A stretch of 20,000 nt of DNA from Chiloscyllium plagiosum (lineage: Eukaryota). Positions 1 through 11,232 of the stretch are shown piece after piece. The stretch covers positions 78,827,857 to 78,847,856 of the forward strand of contig NC_057719.1 in the NCBI RefSeq assembly GCF_004010195.1, read 5' to 3'. The notes under the pieces were generated by a model. That model saw only the letters and a list, made by a program, of their open reading frames with translations, made no database searches and was not told the origin of the DNA. The position numbers were made by a program, and so were the translations under genes. Position 1 is the stretch's first letter, and each line of letters begins with the position of its first letter.

Positions 1-585
1 CTCAGACCTTTGAGAATAGAATTTGGGACGTTATATTGAGGGTTGTAAAGGACATTGGTGAGGTCTCTACTGGAATACTGTGTCCAGTTCTGGCCACCCT
101 GTTGTTGGAAGGATATTCTTAAACTCTTCAGGGTTCAGAAGAGATTTACCAAGATATTGCTGCGAGTGGAGGGCTTGAGTTATAAGGAGAGACTGAATAG
201 GCTGAGACTTTATTTCACTGGAGTGTAGGAGTTTGAGGTGTGACCTGAAAGAAGTTTATAAAATCATGAGGGATATAGACAAGGTGAATGGCAGGTGTTT
301 TTTCCCAAGGGTGGGGATTTCAAGATGAGGGGCATATTTTTAAGGTGAGAGGATAAAGACTTAAAAAAGACACGAGGGGCAATTTATTTTTTTACACACT
401 GGTTCATGTATGGAGTGAACTTGCAGAGGAAGTGGTGGATGTGCGTACAGTTACACTGTTTAAAAGACATTTAGATAAATACATGAACAAGAAATGTTTG
501 CAGGAAATGCTCCAAGTGCAGGCAGTTTTGTTTGGGATTATGGTTGGCAAGGACAGGTTGGACTGGAGGATCTGTTTGTGTGACT
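1..585 (+). mobile_element. CR1-type LINE, 3' end (ORF2 C-terminus and 3' UTR), decayed, continues beyond window start
   Basis: Reads as [16 protein letters not shown] near 52-99, the CR1 ORF2 C-terminal motif; similar to the copy at 14047-14865. Confidence 0.85.
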
Positions 586-857
586 AAGAAAACACCTCTG
601 AATCCTGATTCCAGCCTCCCACCCATCAAATAGCCATGAGGTCACTTGCAAATGGCAGTTCAATCATGGACAGGTTTGGCAAGGAGTTGTACCTTCACTG
701 TTGCATTGTTTTGATTTTTTACCTAACTGGGAGGAGTATGAAGTTGGTCAGAATCCCTGTGAAGCAGGCTGGAGTCAGCATGAAACAAATGGGATCAGAA
801 ATTTTGTAGACCAGGCAGGAAGAAAATCTAAATTGGGTGAGAGCAAAAGAGCAAAGA

Positions 858-1150
858 CAGACCATTCAGCCATTAATGTCTTCACCACCATTCTGGATTA
901 TCTACTAGTTTTCTATACTATGGCCACCCTTTCTCCCACCCCCCATATCTCTTGATGTCATTTGTGTATGGAAATCTATTGATCTCTAGCTCGAACATGC
1001 TCATTGACTGAATTGCGCAGCTCCCGGGGATAGTGAATTCTAAGATTCACAGCCTTCTGAGTGAAGGAATTCCTCCTTGTCCTCTAGACAGTCCGAAATA
1101 ATTTATCCCTTGTTCTGAGACGATGTCACCTGATGCTAGAGCCATCAGGA
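858..1150 (-). mobile_element. Highly decayed CR1 LINE 3' fragment
   Basis: gaattc...gattcacagccttctgagtgaaggaattcctcct resembles the antisense CR1 3' region seen at 19620-19700. Confidence 0.55.
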
Positions 1151-1275
1151 ATAGGTCTGATGAATCTTCATCTGTAGAAAGTGTTTTCTACCTGATGTGT
1201 GTCACCAATAAGTAAAACATTACAGAGCTGGAATGAGAGGATATCCCAGAGGGATCAAGGTCAGAATCTATTTAG

Positions 1276-1512
1276 GTATGTAAGTTAGCTCGCTGAGCTG
1301 GAAGGTTTGTTTTCAGACGTTTCATCCCCATACTCGGTAACATCATCAGTGAGAGTCTCCGGTGAAGCGCTGGTGGTATGTCCCACCTCTCTATTTATAG
1401 GTCTTGGTTTCTGAAGGTGGGTTTTGAAACATCTGAAAACAGACCTTCCAGCTCAGCTAACTATCTTACATAATTATCTTACCTGACTACACATCTCCTC
1501 AAAAATCACTAA
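1276..1512. mobile_element. Penelope-like element terminal-repeat (pLTR) remnant with inverted arms
   Basis: 47-bp inverted repeat 1278-1324/1425-1471 (5 mismatches); 11-bp direct repeat AATCTATTTAG at 1265-1275 and 1513-1523 (TSD); hammerhead core on minus strand. Confidence 0.75.
1309..1355 (-). ncRNA. Minimal hammerhead ribozyme motif (PLE-associated), partly degenerate
   Basis: Minus strand reads ctctca-CTGATGA-t-gttacc-gagtat-ggggat-GAAAC-GTC-tgaaaa: CUGANGA box, imperfect stem II, GAAA and GUC triplet. Confidence 0.6.
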
Positions 1513-1677
1513 AATCTATTTAGCTCAAGCAATGAGCAAAAAAATGCAGTTATTTTACTCAAAATAGGCTATAAGTTACTAAAATAGTGGGAAAGATGTG
1601 GTGAAACAAATGTGTAAATAAATTGCAGAGAATTGTCAGGATAGATAATATTGGGGATTTTACTGATCTGAGTATAT

Positions 1678-2030
1678 GGGTGGCATGGTGGCTCAGTGGT
1701 TAGCACCGCTGCATCACAGCACCGGGAACCCAGGTTTGTTTCCACTCTCAGGTGACTGTCTGTGTGGAGTTTGCACATTCTCCCCATATCTGCGTGAGTG
1801 TCCTCCAGATGCTCCAGTTTCCTCCCATGGTCCAAAGATGTGCAGGTTAGGTAGATTGACCAAGTTCATTGCTCATAGTATCCAAGGGTAGATGGATTAG
1901 CCATAGAAAATGCAGGGTTACAGGGATAGGGTTGTGACTATGTTTGGGTGGGTTGCTCTTTGGAGGGTTGGTGTGGACTTAATGTGCTGAATGGCCTAAT
2001 TTTACACTGTAGGGAATCTATGCTTCTATG
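1678..2030 (+). mobile_element. HE1-like tRNA-derived V-SINE
   Basis: Pol III A-box-like TGGCTCAGTGGTTAGC, V-domain tgtgtggagtttgcacattctcccc, CR1-like tail ending tctatgcttctatg. Confidence 0.85.
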
Positions 2031-2388
2031 TACATAGACTGTAATCACAGTAGTGTAAAGGGCAGTGAGGGAGCGATAATTCCAAAATTGTATTCAGGGG
2101 AATTTTCTCCAGCATTATATTTAGAGTCCAAACAGAAAGGAGGCACTGCTGAACCTGAGAGTGAAGTGGTGTAAGCAGATCAAGTGTAAGCAGGACAACA
2201 TTTAAGGGTCAGTGATCTTGTTATCCTAAGGTAAGTGTTGGCTATGGAAAGGAACAAGGAGCAGTCCAGATTATGAACAATAAAGTGGGATAGAGCCAGT
2301 CTCATTGAGGGCAAAAATGGATCTGGCCCAGATTAGTTAGAATCAAAGTTTAGCAGGCATACCTGTAACAGAAAACTCAGCAGCTTGT

Positions 2389-5300
2389 AGAGTCATAGAG
2401 TCAGAGAGATGTACAGCACAGAAACAGACCCTTCAGTCCAACTTGTCCATACTAACCAATATCCTAATCTCATCTAGTCCCATTTATCAGCAGTTGGCCC
2501 TTATCCCTCTAAACCCTTCCTATTCATATACTCACCCAATGCCTTTTAAATGTTGTAATTTTACCAGCCTCCACCACTCCCTCTGGCAGCTCATACCATA
2601 CATGTACCACCCTCTGCGTGAAAAAGTTGCCCCTTAGGCCCCTTTTATATCTTTCCCCTCTCACCCTCAACCTATGCCCTCTAGTTCTGGGCTCCCCCAC
2701 CCTAGGGAAAAGACCTTGTCTATTTACCCTTCATGATTTTATAAACCTCTATAAGGTCAGCGCTCAGTCCCCGATGCTCCAGGGAAAATAGCCGCAGCCT
2801 ATTCAGCCTCTCCTTCCAGCTCAAATCCTCCAACCCTGGTAACATTCTTGTTTATCTTTTCTGAACCCTTTCACGTTTCACAACATTCTTCCGATAGGAA
2901 GGAGACCAGAATTGCACACAGTATTTCAAAAGTGGCTGAACCAGTACAGCCACAACATGATCTCCAAATTCCTATATTCAATGCTCTGACCAGTAAAGGG
3001 AAGCATACCAAATGCTGCCTTCACTATCCTATGACTCCGCTTTCAAGGAGCTATGAACTTGCACTCCAAGGTCTCTTTGTTCAGCAACACTCCCCAGGAC
3101 CTTATCATTAAGTGTATAAATCCTGCTATGATTTGCCTTTCCAAAAAGCAGAACCTCACATTTATCTGAATTAAATTCCCTCTGCCACCCCTTAGCCCAT
3201 TGGCTGATCTGACCAAGATCCTGGTGTACTCTGATGTAAGCTTTGTCGCTGTCCACTACACCTCCAATTTTCGTGTCATCTGCTCACTTACTAACTATAC
3301 CTCTTACGCTCACATCCAAATCCCTTATGTAAATGACAAAAGGTAGTGGACCCAGCACCGATACTTGTGGCACACTGCTGGTCACAGGCCTCCGGTCTGA
3401 AAAACAACCCTCCACCACCACTCTCTGACTTCTACCTTTGAGCCAGTTCTGCATCAAAATGGCTCGTTCTCCCTAGATTCCGTGAGATCTAACCTTGCTA
3501 GCCAGTTTTCCATGAAGAACTTTGTTGAGCTCTTAGTGAAGTCCACATAGGTTACAGGAGTCCACATAGATCACATCTACTGCTCTGCCCTTATCAAACC
3601 TCTTTGTTACTTCTTCAAAAAGACTCAAACAAATTTGTAAGACATGATTTCCCATGCATGAAGCCATGCTGACTATCCATAATCAGTCCTTGCCTTTCCA
3701 AATACTTGTTAACCTGTTCTCTCAGAATTCCCTCCAACAACTTGCCCACCACTGACGTCAAGCTCACTGGTCTATAGTTCCCTGGCTTGTCCTCACAACC
3801 CTTCTTAAACAGTGGCACCACGTTTGCCAACCTCCAGTCTTCTGGCACCTTCCTTGTGACTATCAAGGATACAAATATCTCAGTGAGGGGCCCAGCAATC
3901 ACTTTCCTAGCTTCCCACAGAGTTCTAGGGCACACCGAATCTGGTCCTGGGGATTTATCTACTTATATGCATTTCAAGACATCCAGCACTACCTCCTCTA
4001 TGTTATAGGCATTTTTCAAGATGTTACATTTTATTTCCCCACATTCTATATCTTCTATGTCCTTTTCCACAGTAAACACTGACGCAAAATATTTGTTTAG
4101 TATCTCCCCCATCTCCTGCGGCTACACACATGGCTACCTTCCTGATCTTTGAGGGGCCCTACTCTCTGCGTAGTTACCCTTCTGTCCTTAATGTATTTAT
4201 AAAATCTCTCTGGATTCTCCCTAACCCTATTTGCCAAAGCTATCTCAGGTCCCCTTTTTGTCTTCCTCATTTCCCTCTTAAGTATAGTCCTACTGCCTCT
4301 ATATTGTTCTAAGGATTGGCTCAATCTCTGCTGTCTATACCTGACATATGCTTCCTTCTTTTTCTTGACCTAAACTTAAATTTCTCCAGTCATCCAATAT
4401 TCCCTGGACCTACCAGCCTTTCCTTTCACCCTAACAGGAATATATTTTCTCTGGACTATCGCTATCTCATTTCTGAAGACGTCCCATTTTCCAGCCGTCC
4501 CTTTACCTGCGAACATTTGCCCCCAAATCAGCTTTTGAAAGTTCTTGCCTAATACTGTCAAAATTAGCCTTCCTCCAACTTAGAACTTCAACTTTTAGAT
4601 CCAGTCTACTCTTTTCCATTATTATTTAAAAATTAATAGAATTATGGTTGCTGGTCCTGAAGTGCTCCCCCACTGATACCTTAGTCACCTGCTCTGCCTT
4701 ATTTCCCAAGAGTAGGTCAAATTTTGCACCTTCTCTAGTCGGTACATCCACGTACTGAATCAGAAAGTTGTCTTGTATACACTTAACAAATTCCTCTTCA
4801 TTTAAACCCTTAACACTATGGCAGTCCCAGTCTATGTTTGGAATGCGAACATTTGCCCCCAAATCAGCTTTTGAAAGTTCTTGCCTAATACTGTCAAAAT
4901 TAGCCTTCCTCCAACTTAGAACTTCAACTTTAAACCCTTAACACTATGGCAGTCCCAGTCTATGTTTGGAAAGTTAAAACCCTCTACCATAACCACCCTA
5001 TTATTCTTACAGATAACTGAAATCTCCATACAAATTTGTTTCTTAATTTCCTGCTGACCATTAGGGGGTTTATAATACAACCCTAATAAGGTGATCACCT
5101 CTTTCTTATTTCTCAGTTCAACCCAAATAACTTCCCTGGATGTATTCCCATGATTATCCTCCCTAAGTACAGGAGTAATGCTATCCCTTATCAAAAATGC
5201 CTCTCCCCCTCCTCTCTTGTCCCCCTTTCTCTCCTTCCTATAACATTTGTATCCTGGAACATTAAGCTGCCAGTCCTGTCCATCCCTGTGTCATGTTTCT

Positions 5301-6380
5301 ATAATTACTATGATATCCCAGTCCCATGTTCCTAACCATGCCTCGAGTCCATCTGCCTTCCCTGTTAGGCCCCTTGCATTGTAGTAAATGCAGTTTAATT
5401 TATCAGTTCTACCTTGTTTTCTGCTTTATTCTTCCTTGCCCTGACTGTTGGACTGGCTCCTTTTCCCAACTCTACAGTCTCAGATTGATCTCTTTTCTCA
5501 CTATCTCCGAGTCCCACCTTACTAGTTTAAATCCTCCCAAGCAGCTCTAGCAAATCTCCCTGCCGGTATACTAGTACCCTTACAATTTAGGTGCAATCTG
5601 TCCTTCTTGTACAGGTCACTTCTACCTCAGAAGAGATTCTAATGATACAAAAATGTGAACCCTTCTCCCCTCGACACGCATTCTCCTATTCATACCCTCA
5701 GTAGCTCATAGCACCAGGAGTAATCCAGATATGACTACCCTTGAGGACCTCCTTTTTAAATTCCTGCCTAACTTTTTATATTCTCCCTTCAGAATCTCAA
5801 CCATTTCCTTTCCCATGTCGTTAGTTCCAATGTGTAAAATGACCTCTTGCTGGTCCCTCTCCCTTTGAAAACATTCCGTACCCTCTCTGAGATAGTCTTT
5901 ATCTTGATGCCAGGGAGGCTACACATCATTCTGATTTTTCACTGCTGGCCGCAGAAACGTCTGTCTGTGCCTCTGACTAGAGAGTCCCCTATCACAATCG
6001 ATCGCTTGTACCTGACATAACCCTCATTACATTAGAACCAGTCTCGATGCCAGAAACTTGGCTGTTTGTGCTACATTCCCCTGAGAGTCCATCACCCCCC
6101 TATATTTTCAAAACAACATACTTGTTTGAGCTGGGGATAGTCACAGGAGACTCCTGCTCTAACTGCCTACCCCTCCTACCTTTCCTGGAGTTAACCCGAC
6201 TGTATCTGCGGCTTTTCTCCCTTTGTATAACTGCCATCTATCATACCCTCTAGCTCTTATAAGTTCATCACTGCCTCAAACTCTCACGCCAGCCAATCCA
6301 TGCAATGTGATAGGACTTGCAACCAAAGACACTTCCTCCAGACATGATCATTAGTAACATGGAAACTGGGGCATAGGAGG
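2389..6380 (-). mobile_element. Long (~4 kb) decayed CR1 LINE: ORF1 (zinc finger/coiled coil plus SGNH/GDSL esterase) and ORF2 (endonuclease, RT), with internal deletions
   Basis: RT motifs PGNYRPVSLTSVVGKLLE and QHGFMHGKSCLTNL (3615-3935); endonuclease VELRNKK..YYKPPN..FNFPNIDW (4916-5194); ORF1 IGDSLVRGTDRRFCG (~5948-5992) and DLYKKDRLHL (~5590-5620); short-repeat 3' tail at 2389-2410. Many stops and frameshifts. Confidence 0.92.
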
Positions 6381-6389
6381 AGAGAGACT

Positions 6390-7090
6390 TTGGAATATAT
6401 GTATAGAAACCATTTATGGATGCTGGACAGGTTGAAAGAGTTGTTAATAAGGCATATGGCATCCTGGGCTTTGTCTGTAGGAGTATAGAGTACTAGAGCA
6501 AGGAAGTTCAATTCAACCAATGTAAAACACAAGTTGGGTTTAATTGGAGGATTGTATCTCATTCTAGGCATCATGCTTTAGGAAGAACACGGAGGCTTTG
6601 GGGAGGATGCAAAAAACGATCAGAAGAATGGTCCTTGGGATGAGAAATGACAGTTATGAAGATAAATTGAAGAAGTTAGATGTTCTCATTGGAGAATAGG
6701 AGGGTGAGAGAAGGTTCAGTTGAGGTGTTCTAAATCATGAAAGGTCTGACATAATAGGTAGAGAGAAAGTGTTCCATTAGTTGAAGGAATTAGACTCAGA
6801 GGGCACTAATTCAAGCTAAATTGGCAAAAGAATCGATGGCGAAATGAGGAGAAGTTTTGTTTTTCATGCACTGAGTGCTCGGTGTCTTGAGTGTGCTGTC
6901 TGAGAATGTGCCACAATCAGATTCAAACAAGATTTTCAGAAAGGAATTGAATTATTATCTAAACAGAAAAAATGTGCAGTGCTTTGGGAGAAAAGACATC
7001 GGGGTAGCTGCAGGTGAATTGCCCCACCAGAGGGCTAGTACATGCACAATGGGCCATATGGCCTCCTTCTGTGATATAACCATTCTATAA
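6390..7090 (+). mobile_element. Old CR1 LINE 3' portion
   Basis: VVNKAYGILGFVCRSIEY motif near 6440-6493; 3' UTR ending ggcctccttctgtgatataaccattctat. Confidence 0.75.
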
Positions 7091-7886
7091 TTCGTGGGTT
7101 TCAAAGGCCTCTAGAAACCCAGCAGGTAAAGATTGAGAAGGGACAATTCCATGTGGCAAGGGGTGGGTTTTTTATCTCCATGTCCAACCAGCTTACCTGG
7201 GAATAACACATCTCTGATCTCCCACATTTCCACATGAAACCATACACTAACCACCTCCTCCCTTCCAGCCCCAATACAAATAGTCCCGATGGCTGCAATC
7301 TCTCCCTAATCCAAACCTTTATTCCAATAAGTCACTCAGGTTGCCATCAGATAGGAATAACAGAGTAAAACTTAAACAGATATCCAGACATTTGCAAAAC
7401 TATTAATTCCTGTGTTTTAGCTTTTGTCCTTGTTCCATGACATCGTGCTTAGCAGATAGCTACACTGCCAAGTTGTTGTTGCAAGAAAATTTTTAAAATT
7501 CAGACTGAGGACCAGTCTGAAATTTGAAATTTCATAAGCTATAAATCATGCACTGATGAATAGGACTTTGGTGTTAAGTAGTTAATTACAATACTGAGGC
7601 AGAAATGTACCTACAGTAATGTGCTGTGGAAGCACCTTTTACATTTTTAATGTTTCCAGTTTCCAATGAATTAATGTAAAGTGAGTTTCCAATCTAGATT
7701 GAGTTAGGTAAGCCTCTGTTTCATTTTTCCAAGTTTCCAGTTGATATTTCCACCCACCTCCCCCCCCCACCCCACCCAACCCCCGCCCCTCGCACCTCTC
7801 TCCTGGGAGGGCGTTAGGGAGGGCCTATGTTCCTAGTTATTCATTTGACCTCCTTTTGTATTATTTGACCCTACATTAAATGCTAA

Positions 7887-8031
7887 GAGAAAGTGAGGAC
7901 TGCAGGTGCTGGAGATCAGAGTCGAAATGTGTGGTGCTGGAAAAGCACAGTCGGTCAGGCAGCATCCGAGGAGCAGGAGCGTCGACATTTTGACTGGCTA
8001 TGCTTTTCCAGCACCACACATTTCGACCCTG
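7887..8031. mobile_element. Penelope-like pLTR remnant with inverted arms (second family)
   Basis: 41-bp inverted repeat 7917-7957/7991-8031 (4 mismatches); reverse complement of the element at 14661-14784; possible TSD TTAAATG at 7876-7882 and 8034-8040. Confidence 0.75.
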
Positions 8032-8539
8032 TGTTAAATGTGTACACTGAGAATTCTTCCTACAATTCACAAACCCTATGGAGATAATTATAAATCTGCT
8101 TTGAGGATTGTTCGAATCCATACTTGATGATAATAGAGCAAGTTGCAGGTGAAGAGGCTTGGTAATGTGAAAGAACAGCAGCTGTAAATGCTACCTGCAG
8201 ATATAATCCACCAAAACAGCAAGAGAGCAAAATATAGACTCTTGTGACTTGTTCCAGAGAAACTAGCCAAGTACTTTGTCTGCTTCGAGTATTACTAGAC
8301 ATGGGAAGCTGCAATTCTCAATACTTAATCGCTGCAGCTGGATTGTTTTTGATATGGCAGCAAAGAAGTTGGCAGAAAATATTTCCCAGCCTCTGAGTCA
8401 TTGGAGTCATCTGGTTACAAACCAACCATACCAATCAGAGGCAGCACATAACAACATGGCCACGGATTGGAACAATGCCCAGTGCAATATCTCACTTAGT
8501 TATTAGTGGCAGACTTAATAAAGTATAATGTCCAAATGG

Positions 8540-9320
8540 GCATTTGTTTGACCCCGTAGCATCTTTAGGTATGTCACACTTGCAGTCTCCTTGTGTCCTC
8601 CTTCCCATCTGGCTTTGGATTGTCAGTAAATTTACACACATTACTCCCTGCCTCTTAACTAGGCCAGTGAGAAAGATTGTAAATAGCTGAGCCCTCAGCC
8701 TTGATTCCTGTGGCAGTCCACTAGTCAACCCGAAAATGCTTCAGTTACCTTACACTTCCTGTCCCTTAACCAATCCTTGATTCACACTAATATATCACTG
8801 CTAACTCCACAAGTCTTTATCACGTGTGTTAACTTGTAGGTGGCAACTTATTAAGTGCGTTTTGAAAATCCATTGCATCCACTGTTCCTTTGCTTTATAT
8901 CCAATGAGTTGCATTTTCATAAAATGAATGGTACAGTGGCTCAGTGGTTAGCACTGCTGCCTCACAGCACCAGGGACCCGTTCAATTGCAGCCTTGGGCG
9001 ACTGTCTGTGGGGAGTTTACACATTCTCCCCGTGTCTGCGAGGAATTCGTTCGGGTGCTCTGGCTTTCTCCCGCAGTCCAAAGATATGCAGCTTAGCTGG
9101 ATTGGCCATGTTGAATTGCCTACGGACGTGCAATCTAGGTGGGTTAGCCATGGGAAATGCAGGGATAGGGTCGGGTATGGTGGGTGGGTCTGCAGTGGAT
9201 GCTCTTTGGAAGGTTGGTGTAAACTCTATGGGCCGAATGGCCTGCTTCCTGACTGTAGGGTGTCTATGGTTCTGTGAAAACGCTGATAAATTGGTCAAAC
9301 AAAATTTTCCTTTTATAAAG
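8540..9320 (-). mobile_element. Decayed CR1 RT fragment interrupted by a SINE
   Basis: SGLPQESRLRAQLFTIFL corresponds to the RT motif SGVPQGSVLGPxLFxIYI; the sequence resumes after the SINE at ~9278-9320. Confidence 0.65.
8929..9277 (+). mobile_element. HE1-like tRNA-derived V-SINE
   Basis: tggctcagtggttagcactgctgcctcacagc head, V-domain and tail matching copies at 1678 and 11515. Confidence 0.88.
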
Positions 9321-9329
9321 GCAGCGGTG

Positions 9330-9620
9330 AGGTTGTGGTATTATGGTAATGTCATTGAACTAGAAATTGAGAGCCCTGAGCTAATCCTCTAAGGAATTTG
9401 ATTTTGAAATTCATTGCAGCAGATTGTGAAATTGGAATTCAGTAAAAATCCACAATTTTAAAAGTTAATAGTGATCATGAAACCAGTATTGATGGCCTGG
9501 CCTCCAGGCTAACAGCACTGTGGCTGACTCTTAGCTGCCCTGTGAAGTGGCTTAACAAGCGTCCCATCCAGACCCAGACTCAGTTGTATTAAGTGAAGAA
9601 CATGAGATAAATGTTGATCT
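9330..9620 (+). mobile_element. Decayed second tRNA-derived SINE family
   Basis: ggtaatgtcattgaactag head and tgtggctgactcttagctgccctgtgaagtggc body resemble a common shark SINE as recalled; not verified. Confidence 0.5.
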
Positions 9621-9694
9621 TCAGTTATTGCAATGTTAATGTTGAGATAGATGGTATTGTTCTAAGAATTCAGATATTTGTACCATCATATATC

Positions 9695-10459
9695 CAATGC
9701 AGCTAAATGTGAGGTGATGCACTTTAGGAGGAATAACAGGAAGGCAGAATACTTGGTCAATGGAAAGATTCTTGGTAGTGTGGATGTGCAGAGTGATCTT
9801 GGAGTCCATGTAAATAGATCCCTGAAAGTTGCCACTCAGGTGGATAGTGCTGTTAAGAAGGCATACCATTGAGTTCCAGAGCCGCAATATCATGCTGCAA
9901 CTATACAAAACGCTGGTGCAGCCGCACTTGGAGTATTGTGTACAGTTCTAGTCCCCATATTTCGTAAAGGATGTGAAAGCATTGGAAAAGGTGCAGAGGA
10001 GATTTACCAGGATGTCGCCTGGTCTGGAGGGAAGGTCTTATAAGGAAAGGCTGAGAGACTTGAACCTGTTCTCATTGGCAAGAAGAAGGCTAAGAGGGGA
10101 TTTGATAGAGACATACAAGATGATCAGAGGATTAGACAGGGTAGACAGTGAAAGTCTTTTTCCTAGGATGATGACGTCAGCGTGTACGAGGGGGCATAGC
10201 TACAAATTGAGGGGTGATAGATTTAAGACAGATGTCAGAGGCAGGTTCTTTACGCAGAGAGTGGTAAGGATGTGGAATGCCCTACCTGCTAATGTAGTCA
10301 ACTCAGCCACATTAGGGAGATTTAAACAATCCTTAGGTAAGCACATGGGTAATTTTGGGATAGTGTAGGGGGACGAGCTGAGAATAGTTCACAGGTCGGC
10401 GCAACATCGAGGGCCGAAGGGCCTGTTCTGCGCTGTATTGTTCTATGTTCTACGTTCCA
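9695..10459 (+). mobile_element. CR1 LINE 3' fragment, relatively intact
   Basis: KCEVMHF..DLGVHV..VKKAY and 131-aa open ORF2 C-terminus (9973-10368: LEKVQRRFTRM..RLRGDLIETYK..FFTQRVVRMWNALP); tail ttctatgttctacgttc. Confidence 0.92.
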
Positions 10460-10983
10460 CTCCGAATTTAAAGTAATACTCAAAGAGTTTCCATTCACGT
10501 GGCACTGGTCCGTTCTGTGTTCCAGCTGAGATGCACTTATTGAACCGTTTTGGCTGTTGTATTCCGTACTGACTGAAACTTAGATGATTTACTCTCTGGG
10601 TTAATGTAAATTGAGGTACCAATGAATCTTGTTTGTGATAAATTGCTTGGCCAAGTACACAAGACAAAATGTGTCCTGTTAATGAGTACAGTTGGGGAAA
10701 GACATTGAAATGGGACTGGTTCAGTTGCTCTTGCAATGAGCAAGCATTAATAAGCCAAAAGGATTTTTTTTTTGTCCGTATTGTACCATTCTAACAGAAC
10801 GCTGCATCACTGGTTTATAAATTATAGGCTGATTGGAAAACCTAAATAAATGATACCTACAACATTATCATTGTTTGTTAACCCTCCTGAAATAATTCAA
10901 TAAGTTGGATCAAGCATAATACTACCTCTCAAATGTTGACTATTTTTTGTGACGCCTGGAGAAAGAGGGCCTCATCTTCCGCC

Positions 10984-11222
10984 TAAAAAGAGACCTAAGG
11001 GGAAAAGTTTTCGTGCAGAGGGTGGTGCATGCATGGAATGAGCTGCCAGAGGAAGTGGCGGAAGATGGTACAATTACAACATTTAAAAGGCATCTGGATG
11101 GCAATATGAATAGGGAGGGTTTAGAGGGATATGGGCCAAATGCTGGCAAATGGGACTAGATTAATTTAGGATATCTGGTCAGCATGGACAATTTAGACCA
11201 AAGGCTGCACATCTCTATGACC
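10984..11222 (+). mobile_element. CR1 LINE extreme 3' fragment
   Basis: QRVVHAWNELPEEV..FKRHLD motif and 3' UTR ending catctctatga. Confidence 0.85.
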
Positions 11223-11232
11223 TGATGATGAC

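Larger units (their letters stand above)
1195..2388 (+). mobile_element. Old CR1 LINE endonuclease/linker fragment, interrupted by a PLE (1276-1512) and a SINE (1678-2030)
   Basis: Degenerate pieces match the CR1 APE endonuclease (EDIPEGSRSESI.., ..GDF.., CIQGNFLQHY..) and are collinear across both insertions. Confidence 0.6.

Noticed and set aside
1276..1512. MITE or DNA transposon interpretation of the inverted repeats
   Set aside because: Arms are not symmetric termini, flanking duplications vary in length (11, 7, 6 bp) and hammerhead motifs point to Penelope-like retroelements.
1678..1750. tRNA genes at the SINE heads (also 8929 and 11515)
   Set aside because: A/B boxes are followed by V-domain and LINE-like tail; they are SINEs, not tRNAs.
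7751..7792. C-rich tract (G-quadruplex potential on minus strand)
   Set aside because: Low-complexity sequence with no supporting context.
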